DNA from: Callorhinchus milii | Lineage: Eukaryota | Assembly (NCBI RefSeq): GCF_018977255.1 | Contig: NW_024704742.1 | Coordinates: 113,462,001 to 113,526,000, forward strand | Reading direction: 5' to 3' | DNA length: 64,000 bases | In this document: one piece after another, positions 13,597-24,184 of the stretch | How the letters are laid out: the number at the start of each line of letters is the position of its first letter | How positions within the stretch are numbered: the stretch's first letter is position 1 | Translations under genes and position numbers: made by a program | Notes under the pieces: model-generated | What the model was told of the DNA's origin: nothing | Seen by the model: only the letters and a program-made list of their open reading frames with translations | Databases searched by the model: none

Positions 13597-13710
13597 CTCG
13601 TTCACATAGAGCACCGCCGTAACTTGGCAAACAGACACAATTGAAGCAGTTAATGCCATCGATGCACGTGGCTCCATTACGACAGGGGTTTGACTGGCAT
13701 TCATCAATAT
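13597..13710 (-). CDS. vcan: Versican G3 calcium-binding EGF-like 2 exon (114 bp; absent from the ORF track)
   Basis: Manual translation gives [38 protein letters not shown]. Acceptor TTTTTTCCAG|AT and donor CGAG|GTAAGT, phase 1-1. Confidence 0.93.
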
Positions 13711-14878
13711 CTGGAAAAAAATGGAAGAGGATTTTTGTTCAGTGATTAATTGCTTTCACTACCACTACATTTTGACCACCACAAAGCAAAGCAGTAAATA
13801 TGGATCTTGATTTCCTTCTTCAAAGAGCAGTGCAGGAAGTGGCTTGTTTGGTGGTTTCATCCAATTTCCTGAAACTTTGAGGCAGCAGAATTATTAAGCC
13901 AGAAAGGCACTACAGTACTCAAGCTTTCCGAGTGTATATGTTTATGTGACCGTGGACCACTTATGTGTTGTATTAACTGTATTATCCGTTCTGCAACGTA
14001 TGTTTTGTGAAATTCAGAGCTAGTGAATCCTGAATCCCAAGTTGTTTGGAAAAGAGCTGATAAGCAAATGGGAAATTCTCAATCTAGTTCTTATTTTGAA
14101 TCCCTCTCCATTTCTGAAGGTGAAAACTCCAACTGGGGTATGATCAGGAGAACGGATAGGCAGCCTGAATCCAAGCTTTTCCAAATCTCACGTGAAACAA
14201 CAACAACTTGCATTTATATTGTGTCCTTCACCAATTACAAGGAGACATAATTATGGAAGCGAAATCATTCAGGGTTCCTGATCTAGTTGATCGTCACCTG
14301 TTGAACATTGCAGAGAGATGAAGGGGTGTGGAAAACTGGTGAGGACTGAATCATCCTTTGCTGTGATGCTCACAGAGCCCAAACCACTCAAATAGCTTGC
14401 AAGTGCTCACTGACAAGGGTCACACGTCAATTGGATGACGCATTGCAAGATGAATGGAAACTATTGAACCATTTCTCCCATAAAAGAAAAATGTCTTCCA
14501 TGAGGGAGACCACAACTGATAACTTTACACCTTTTATTTGAGGTGTGCTAAACTAACAACACTACATGCTGTGATGTGAATCATGTCCCTAGGACAGGTT
14601 CTGCAGCACCATTTCTAACGAGTGAATAAGGTTGGACTCTGAAAATCAGACAAGAGAGGATACTTCTGGGAATATTAGTAGAACATGCTATAAATTGATT
14701 GAAATATTTTCCCCACGTTTTATTCGAAACAGCACCTAAAATTCTCGTAAGGGCACATTGCTCCCAAAACAGTGATTAAAATGATGACGTTACTATAAAT
14801 TCCTACATTTGAAACAAATCCCCATATTTAAACAAGTTTGTATTGTTTGCTTGGTACAGTGGTCACCTCTGTCCTTAC

Positions 14879-14995
14879 CTATTTCGCAATGAGCTCCAGT
14901 GAATCCTGGCACACAGGTGCAGATGTAGCCAGATTCACGTAGGTAGCAACTGCCTCCATGCTGGCACGGGTTTTCTTCACATAGGTTAATTTTAA
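14879..14995 (-). CDS. vcan: Versican G3 EGF-like 1 exon (117 bp)
   Basis: [39 protein letters not shown], six-Cys EGF. Acceptor TTTTTTTACAG|TT and donor ATAG|GTAAGG, phase 1-1. Confidence 0.93.
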   Translation of the reverse strand, partial: LKLTYVKKTRASMEAVATYVNLATSAPVCQDSLELIAK

Positions 14996-15387
14996 CTGTA
15001 AAAAAACAACATTGTGAGCTGCACAATAATATTATTGCCTTTCAGCCCACAGACAGACAGAATCATTGCTGCCAACCATTGCTTTTAAATGTTTTAAATG
15101 CAGGAAGTAAAAAAATTTAGTTATAGTTAGTAATATGATGTGATAATGATCACTAGTGATAACAGAGCTCATTTAGAATCCGTCATTTTCCACAGTCTTT
15201 GTAAAGAACAACCTTCCAATTTAGGACTGAATTGAAGGGAGGGAGGGAGGGAGAATTTATTTTTTAAGATATCTCTGATACAAATGATACCTTTATACTA
15301 TATTTACCAGAGCATTTCTAACATACAATGGTGAGTCGCCATTTTAGTACAGAAGATTGGAGGAAGGAATTGTCTTGAAGGAATTAC

Positions 15388-18300
15388 CTGTTACGTGAAC
15401 CGTCTGACCATCATCAACATCAACAAGTTGTTCACCAGATTCGCTCTGCTCTGAACTATCAGATTCAGAGGCAGTCATGGAGTCGGTTGTCAAGGTTTCA
15501 GTAACAATCTTCAATGCTGTCTGGTTTCGGGTTTCAATTTCATTGCTAGTTAATTCAGATATTTCCTCAGAAGATGAAGTGGGTATTGAGAACATTGTTT
15601 CTTCTTCTTTTTGACTTTTATCAGTTATCAGTGACATTGTTGTATCACTGACATCTTCCCCAACAAACTGTTCCGGATCCTGTGAAGATCTTTCATGTAA
15701 AAAGGACAATGTTGCTGTAGCTTCGAGTGGTTCTGTAACATTCTTTTCAGCCTTGTGTTCGATCGTTGGCCGGAGGGTTGTGGAGCTAACTAAAGTCTCT
15801 TTAGAGATTTCAACATGTACTACTCGTGGTAGAGAAGTCTCTTCTTCTCGAAGTATGGGGTCCCGAGGACCTGACAGTGTACCTCTAACCTGTTCGTGAG
15901 CAGTTTCCTCAGGCTCTTTTGTTGAAAATCTATATTCTGTAGTTGGATGGAGGGTTTCTTGAGATGCTTGGTCAAAAAACCCATTGACATCAACAGTTGG
16001 TCCAATAAGTATCCGATCTGATTCTTCTTTTGTGGAAACACTGAAAGAAAATGCTGTTGATGGCAAGCTTTTCAGTTCCTTCGATATGGTTGGTTGGACT
16101 GTTGGAATTTTCACAATCTCTTCCACATGCTTACTTTCAAGTTCAGACTTTTGTGTGACATTATGGTCTTCATACTCAGTGCGTCGTGTGAAGCTAAAAT
16201 TGCTGAAAGAACCTTCCGTTGGTAACTGTGTAGAACTTGAAACTTGCTCTTCGGAAGAATACACAACAGGTGAAGCTGCTTCTGTTGGTAAACGTTCTGG
16301 GTGAGTTACTTTGGAGACCAGCAAGAATGAAGACTCTGTAGAAGACTCAGCTTTGTCAGGCAACTGGGTAAGTACTACATCTTCGGGAATTAAAACTGTA
16401 CCTTCAGAAACTTCCTGTAGAGGTGAGCTGGATCCTTCAATGTCTTTATCATGTTGTACTGTGGAGTGGATGTAGCCCTCAGATGGCAGAACACTTACAT
16501 ACTCCTTTTGCTCATCAACCATCTCATATGTAATTGATTTTTCTGAAGCTGTACTCATTCCAGTTAAATCCCCCAAAGAAGTCTGAGCTGTGGATGCACC
16601 TGAAAGGGCGTGTGGCACCTCAGTTGTTTCAACAGAGAGAATAGGTTCTGTGGAGATGTCTGCAGGCTTGTGTGATAAAGGTTTGGTTGTAGATGACAGG
16701 ACAGCCTCCTTCTCACTCTCCTTTTCAATTAAATCTACAGCTGGATCAAGTGGTCTTTTTTGTTTAGGTCTTAGCGTGCTTAAAAGAGTTGAAGAAATAT
16801 CTCCAGATCCATCAATTTCCTCCTCACGTGCATCACTGAAGGCTTCAGTGGCAATGTACGTCACTGCCTCAGGTTGAACAATTTTGATTTGTTCTGTAAC
16901 ACTATGCAATGAAAAATGTGTTGAAGGTGGGTCAACAGTTTTCACTTCAATCTCTTCATCCATTTTTCTTTTCAGTTCCTTGTCAGCATCAATAATACCA
17001 GCTGATATTGTGGGAGCTCCAAATTTCTGTTCCTCCATAATACTGATGCCACTCCCTTTGCCATTAATGTAAATGACACTGATGTTTTGAGTTATAAGAG
17101 TAGCATCTGTAATTTGATCGTCTGGCAGTTGATCATCTTCCTCATCAAAAACAATAGCCGGTGGTGCCGGTGACTTGCTAGAAGGCTTCACAGTTCCATC
17201 AGGAGCTGTTTCTAGTTCTGTTTTAATGATTGATGCCGTTTCATATTTTTTATGCTCCATTTGGCTGCTTGAAGTGCCATGAATTACTTCTTCGAAGGTG
17301 CTTGCTCCTTGGGACATCCACGGATCAGTGATCTCCTTTACTCTTTCTGTTGAAAGAGGCGTCTCAGTAGTTACAGACGGGGTCTCCTTCACATCAATAT
17401 AGGGAATACTCTGTTCTTCTAGAACTCTGGTTGTCACTGGCACTACAGTCCCACTTATTTCTAAAGTCTGGTCCTTCGTAGTGTCTTTGCTTGCTGATTC
17501 AGTGCTAAATGTTTCTTCACCAGAACTCTCCATGTCTGAAAATGTAACATCTTTCAATGTACTTTTTTCTATTGGGATGAATTCTTCAGATGTTGAAGAT
17601 TTTTCAAACGTTTCTGTGTGTGTTTCTTCTGGCAACTTTGTGCTCGTCTCTAGTGATGGAGTCACGTGTACTCTAGTTACTTCACTGAGAGCAGGTGTAA
17701 CCATCGTATGGGGTATGCTTTCACCAATAGAAGTTCTAGTGCTTTTCATTTCTGAAGTGGGAATCTCCGTGACCAAATGAGCAATCTGCCTGATGCTAAA
17801 CACTTCTTCACCTGAACTCTCCAAATCTGAGAGCAGTGAGATTTCAGATGCTAGAAGTGTCTTAGAAGATCCTGGATGTGCTTTTTCTGGAAATTTTCCC
17901 ACCTCTGTGGTCGTCTTAGCAGTTTCAGATGTGGACAGGCCAGCCTTCCCAAACACTGCAGGCGCAGTAACTGCATGTCCAGCCCTCTCATCCATTGTTT
18001 CATTCTTATCAACCAAAGCAGGCGCATCTGTAAACGAGAAACTGACAGACTCTCTGCTGGATACTTCATTGAAATCCTCTACTTCTTTAAAAGTTGTAAT
18101 TGTGCTTGATCCTTCTGTAGATTTTGTCGCAGGAACAGTGTTATAGTCACTGCCAAATCGCTTTACAGTTGTCGTGGTTGGAAAAATTCTATGTACAATA
18201 TGCATTTTTACTTCCGTGCTTTTTTCTGAAGATGTCATTTCAATCTCTGAACTGCCAGACGATTCAACAAATGAATCAGCTGTTATTTGTTTTTCTGTAT

Positions 18301-19433
18301 GTTTCTGAAAGTAAGTTGTTCTCCCATATCTACCTGGGCTTCCTCTGTTGTCATTAACTTGGAATCAGACGCAGTTTTGCCAGAAACCTCATCAGTTAAA
18401 AACAGTTTAGTTGAGGGCACTGAAGCCGTATCCACTTCAGTTGACTGAAGTGTTTGAAATGTAGAAACCTTCTTGTGTCTTTCTGTTGTCTTTACGATAA
18501 CTGTGGCTGCTGTGGCTGAAGTTTCTTCCCTCAAAATCTGCGTAGTTACCATGCTGCTAGTTTCAAATCCTTCACCAGAGCTTTCAATGCCTTCTTCAAC
18601 AAAAGGCTTTGCTACTATGTTATCATCAAATTCAGTAGACTGTAAATCTTCCAATTTCTTTGTTGGGACAGCAGTTTCCACTAGTGCTGAGAGTTCAGTC
18701 TGTTTGGTAGGTAACATCTTCGTTGTACTTGTTTCAGTGATGTAATTTTCAGTTCCCAGGGCCACAAAATCTTTTGGAGTTGCTGTGACAATCACAGGGA
18801 GCTCTTGCTTGTCTTCGAATGATTTGCTGACTGAGATTTCCTCAGACACCTTTCCAGCCTCTGCCGTTGGATGACCATTTTGTATGGATGATGGGATAAG
18901 AACAACTTCTTCACTGATATGTTCTACTGGTAGGACTTCTGTAGCCTGCAGGAATTTAACAACCGTTTCTGATGCTGTTTTGTCAGTGGGTATTATGACC
19001 AATTTCTCAGTTGGGACATCTGGCTCTTGTGTGGCATCAAACTCATTTCTAGTCAGTATTTGCGTCTGTTCATCACTGGGTTCTTCAGGGATATCTGTAT
19101 CTTGCACTGCACTTATTGTGGGAGACACACTTTCTACCTGGTCTCCCTTTGCTTCTTCTCCTTTTCTGACCGGAGGTTCAAATTCCATTTGGCTCTTTCC
19201 ATTAATAAACCTCAGTGCTGGAGGAACAGTCTGCGATGTGGGAATTTGTCCTGTTCCTCCACTGCCTTCTCCTCTTACGTCAATCTGAATGTAGACAAAG
19301 TGAATAGGACCCCCGGGAACTAATGCATCTGTCACCTCCTCATCGGGTGACTGAACATGGAATGAAGGCAAGGATTCTGTAGAAGTTATTCTGCCGTTTG
19401 CAATTTCTGCCCCAGACCCTTCCATTTCCAAAC
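15388..19433 (-). CDS. vcan: Versican GAG-beta exon (about 1349 codons) with a 1-nt frame break between 18286 and 18364
   Basis: Adjacent ORFs 18283-19476 and 15344-18238 have the same composition, with EGSG/ESSGEE/DGSGD sites. Acceptor CATTCAG|GT at 19433 and donor ACAG|GTAATT at 15388. Contains FINGK...EEAKGDQVESVSP, resembling the versican GAG-beta N-terminus. Length 4046 = 3n+2. Confidence 0.9.
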
Positions 19434-21071
19434 CTGAATGTAAATACAAATGAATAATGAAACATTGTGAAATCAAAAAAATTCAGCAATCAATAAATTG
19501 TAGATTAGCATAGAAGTGTCTGATATTAAAGCGGGACATTTCTTAGCCTCAATGGACAGGCTCTGCTCTGGATACGAGTTGGGTTGGTCTTAGCTTGCCT
19601 CAAATTATAGGAAAAATAAACTCAAATAAAAGACAAAATATATTTCTATTGGGCGATGAACACAAAGGAATTCTGAGTACCCTTTTCAACTGGAGATTAT
19701 ATAGAAGACATCACATATTTTCAGAGTATCCAGAATTGTTAAACACAGAGTTAATTTTGATGCTGTTTTTCTAAAAAATCTTTTAAGAACTACAGAAACT
19801 AGCTTGAAAGTGAAAACTGAATTCAACAAGTTCACAAATTCTGTCCCAACAATGAACGTGGGAAGAATATTTAACTGAACTTTCGCATCAAAGGCCACAT
19901 GTATTGAAACAATTTCTGTGCCTCACAGAATTCAGCCTGAAAGAAGCATAAGGTGGTCCTGCTTGCTCTGTTTCTCTTATTTAGCCTGAGGGCATCTCCA
20001 ATTCAGTTCAGTGTCTGGTCTCAAAATTGCCAACTCTATGATCTTAGCACAGCTGTGAAGAAAATTAAATGGTATTAGAAGAACGTCTGGCTCTCCAGGA
20101 TAAAGAGGCAACATTGGCTAACATGACCATCACTGTGGATAATGACATGCTGCGTACACTGTGTAAAGAAGAATAGCTACAAATTGCATGTAATTACTTA
20201 CTCATACCCTAGAGAGTAAGATCCCTTTTTGTTGACTGCAAGGTTAGTTGACAGTACAGTCAAATCTTTCTTTTAAGTTTTTTTCACCTCTAGTTTTCTT
20301 CTCTTCTCCCTTGAAGGCACTAAATCATCCTGACATAAGATTCCAAGGACACCGCATATCCTCTGATTCAAGTGGCCATTCTTATGTGTAAGGGCTAGCA
20401 GGCTTTCAATTGCCAGCGTCACTGTCAATTCTACCTTCAACTGTCATAGGACACATGTGAGCTTTCTAACGAGGGTTGCTGGATGACGTTCTGGAGTGAG
20501 AATCCAGGCTGATTTTTTCCTTCCCAGCCCAGGGGCACTGGGATCAATTGCAGTCTCCCAAAAGATGATTATTATCTCAGCACGAACTAGGAATCAAAAT
20601 TGGCACATTCCAGGTCTATACAACACAGTTTCTTTATCAACTGAATTACAAGGGAACAGACGCATATGTAGGTTGTTCTCTAAAATAAGCACTTTGCCAT
20701 TAAATATTTATTATGAGAAATCCCATGATAAAGATAAACAAAAATGATTTATATTGTTACTGAGACCAGAATGCAGCAGCCACTATCAGGTAGTTCTAAT
20801 CCAAGCATTGTCCATAAATAGTCCTAAGATTGTGAAGACTATCGAAAAATTCTTACATTTCATCGCAACTTTTAAACCTCTTTTCCATGGATCTTAAAAA
20901 GAGCTACTACAGGAGCTTGGGGCTGTGCCTTTGTGCATTTTATTAGGCTTTTGGGGGCTGGTGCCACCATGAATCGGCTCCATTTCTTTTTCCATGAAAA
21001 TCCTGAGCTCTTTCGAGGAGCCAATCCACCACTGTATCAGACCTAAGATCTTCCCAATATCTTCTTCAGCA

Positions 21072-21147
21072 TACCAAATACCATCAAAATATTGCCAAAT
21101 GCCATCAAAATGTTACCAAATACCATCAAAATGTTACCAAATACCAT
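21072..21147 (+). repeat. 21-bp minisatellite, about 3.5 units (ACCAAATACCATCAAAATGTT)
   Basis: Read directly from the sequence. Confidence 0.9.
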
Positions 21148-22574
21148 TAACTTGCACTTAAATAGCGCTCTGCTCGCAGAGCAGCGTCTCAGAGCGCTTA
21201 AGGGTGGTGGAGTCTGATGCCGAGCCGGGGTGGAGAGTATATGCTACAAATCACAAAATCTATTTGAAACAAATCTATTTTTGAAAATTATTTCTGATAA
21301 TGTTGCTTAAGTTGCAGAATGAATTGTTCAATGTGCTCTGAAATCAAAATCTGCCTTTAGTTTATATAAATTCTGATCTATGGCTAATATTTCTTGGTAA
21401 TCTAAGATGCACCTTGATCGGGATTCAACTGTACTCTACATCAGACAAAGTTACATGTCTTAAATAAGTACACTGCTTTTCTGGGCTTTGTTTTGTTATT
21501 CCTGACAGATTTCCTCTGTCTGTTGTTTATTCATTTCGATCCATTAACAAAACTAATTACTAGTTAATACTGAAAGGTAAAATTAAATAGCTCTACAAAT
21601 CTACAGAACTGTCAAATAAACTAAAATATTGCAACCTTTTTTACATTTTTGATCTTGGCTCAAATATGCTGCTAAAGACTTCAAAATAACAATTTAATTA
21701 GGAGGGAATGGGGAGGAAAAGAGAAGCGGAGAGAATCAGAAGAGAGAGAGAAATCGTCATAGAGGCACATTTTGATTTTATTCCAGGTTCAGCGCATTTT
21801 CTCATTGCATTGCAAGTATGCTGCTTGTGGAACCAAAATGTGGGTCAAAGCTGCTAATTGTGGGTTAGTTGAAAACTCTCGAGTCAGCAATGTTGTGACT
21901 AATGTAATCTCACAGAAATATTTCAATTCATACCAATGAGACAGCTGATGGAAAATGAAAGCCTACACTGGCATCCCACCTGATCAAGGTCACACCAAGG
22001 TTTGAGGCCCACTCTTGTTAGATCTCCCTTCAGAACGTCAAGTACAATCCAAGATTGGAGTCTGGGAGTCCGAGTGGAAAGATAGTTGATGTAGTATATA
22101 TCTTGTATATGTCTAATATATGTTTTGTAAATGTCTTGCTGACATTTCTTGGCAACACACAATACTGCATGAGTCTTTCCCCTTTGTTATATTTTCAGGC
22201 TGTCTTACTAAAATAATTTGGTTCTTTCTGTAATGCCACTGGAATTCCAGCCATCCAATGGACAGCTGAACATGTGTGGATCGAACACTGAAGAGACTTC
22301 ATGGAGAATAATCCTGAATAGACGAGGGGATAAGAGGAGCAAGAGAGATTCAAAACAAAGGATTAAAGCAAAAAAAAATTCTATTCTGCCAATAGGAATT
22401 TCGTGAGAAACAATGAGTTCAATTATACATTGACATGTTATCAATGTCAGGTGAGCTTTGCAGGTGAGAATTTCTTTGTGGATCACTGCTCTGTAATCTA
22501 TATCCTCTTTTTACCCCATGGCTATCTTTTTGCTAAATGAATATTCCAGGGAACACTCATGAAAATATGAGATG

Positions 22575-22965
22575 TCACCCTGGCTCAGTTGGTAGCATTC
22601 TTGCCTCTGAGTAAGAAGATTGTGGGTTGAAACCCTACATTAGGACTTTGAATTTGCAAACTGGAGACGTGCTGCATTGTCGGAAGAGCCATCTTTCCGG
22701 TGAGATGTTAAACAGAGGTCTCATCAGTCTGTTCCGGTGGCATTAAAGATCCTATGTCTCTATTCAAAAGAGACAGGAGTTTCTCCCTGTGACCTGGATA
22801 ACAATGCCCCAAATAAAATTGGTCACTCACTTCAAGGGTGTTTGTAGGAGATTGCTGGGTGCAAATTGGCTGCAGGGTTCACTTACACTGCAGTAAATCT
22901 TGTGTAGTACTTTGCAACATCTTCCTGACGTGAAAGCCGCTATACCAAATTCAAGGATTTTTTTT
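22575..22965 (+). mobile_element. Older full-length Deu-domain SINE (SacSINE1/AmnSINE1-like)
   Basis: tRNA-like head TGGCTCAGTTGGTAGCATTCTTGCCTCTGAG, central GAGATGTTAAACAGAGG...TAAAGATCC...GGAGTTTCTCCC, and the same L2-like tail. Many further degraded copies occur in both orientations. Confidence 0.8.
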
Positions 22966-23811
22966 ACTATTGGAAATCATATTTGTATGTCATATCCTGC
23001 AGCTGTTGTTTCTTAAAGGCCAAAAATACCAGTTTAAAATTTACCCTTAATTTTTTTTATTGTCAAATAATGGGTTAATAGTGCCATGGGATCTTTGACA
23101 TCCAGATCCCAAGCAAGACAGGGCTTCAGTTTAACATCTCATCCAAAGGACAGCACCTCCAACAATGCACACTCCCAGGACTACATTGGAATGTCAGCTT
23201 AGACTATGTGATTCCAAGTCCCAAAGTGGGGCTTGAACCCACACCCACCTGACCCAGAGGTGATAAAGCTACCAATTGAGCCAACTGACACACAAAGGGA
23301 ATTTCTTCTAATGTCCTGGCCAAAAAGTTGGTCACTCAATCTACAATCTCCCAAAAATAAAAAATGGTCATTCAATTTGTGGTTGTTTGTGGGTCATTGC
23401 TGTGTGCAAATTGGCCGCTGTGTTTCCCATAAAAATACACAGCCGCACTTTACAGTATGTCCTGTGAAGCGCTTTGGGTGTCATCCCACTGTGAAATTAA
23501 TTATACCAAATAAGGATTATCAATATTATTTTATTATTGTATTTTTAATTTCCCCAATGACTACTGCTCAGCAGGTTGCACAGGGGAGAGGAGTGTTTTC
23601 ATTGTCAGCCTTTCTTCAGTTTGTTTTTGGAGCATTATCATGCGTATGATTGATATACTGTGATGTAGAGGTTTGAAAGCTGAGTTGAGTACATCCCACA
23701 TCAATGCTGTACTCCCCACTGATGGTGCATAGCCACTATTGCACACTATATTGACCTCTCAGCGGGCAGCACTTCCATATTTGTTCATCAAGAAAAAATC
23801 AGCATAAATTG

Positions 23812-24184
23812 TCGCAAGCGAGACGACCTGGGTTCAATTCCCGGGCAGGGCAAAACCTTAGGCAAGTTTCCTTACTCTGCACGCCTCTGTTTACCTAGCG
23901 GTAAGTAGGAACCCGATTGTTAGTCAATTGGCAGATCGCTTTTCCGGGGGTAATAATCCCTTCAAAATCAATTTAAAAAGTAAAAATGTTGAATTATTGT
24001 TTTTAAAAATTTGGTCACTCAATCTACAACTGTTTGTGGGACACTGCTGTGCTCAATTGGCTTACGTTTCGCCCACAAATCTACTGCCGATTCACTTTAC
24101 AGTATATTCTGTGAAGCGCTTTGAGACATCTTGAAGACATAAGATCATATATCAAATGCAAGGATTATTATTATGATTATTATT
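23812..24184 (+). mobile_element. 5'-truncated long variant of the young tRNA SINE (extra 65 bp at 23886-23950)
   Basis: Aligns with the 11708 copy except for the internal segment. Confidence 0.85.

Noticed and set aside
15344..18238. The 964-aa ORF as an independent mucin-like gene
   Set aside because: No signal peptide. Its frame is open upstream of the ATG and it ends at a donor site leading to EGF1, so it is the 3' part of GAG-beta.
18331..18336. Internal donor CAG|GTAGAT as an equivalent of the short-GAG-beta V4 isoform
   Set aside because: It is phase 0, whereas the EGF1 exon needs phase 1; joining would be out of frame.
15984..19288. Many plus-strand ORFs opposite GAG-beta (and likewise opposite GAG-alpha at 52669-55212)
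   Set aside because: Antisense shadows of biased S/T/E codon usage with no recognisable domains.
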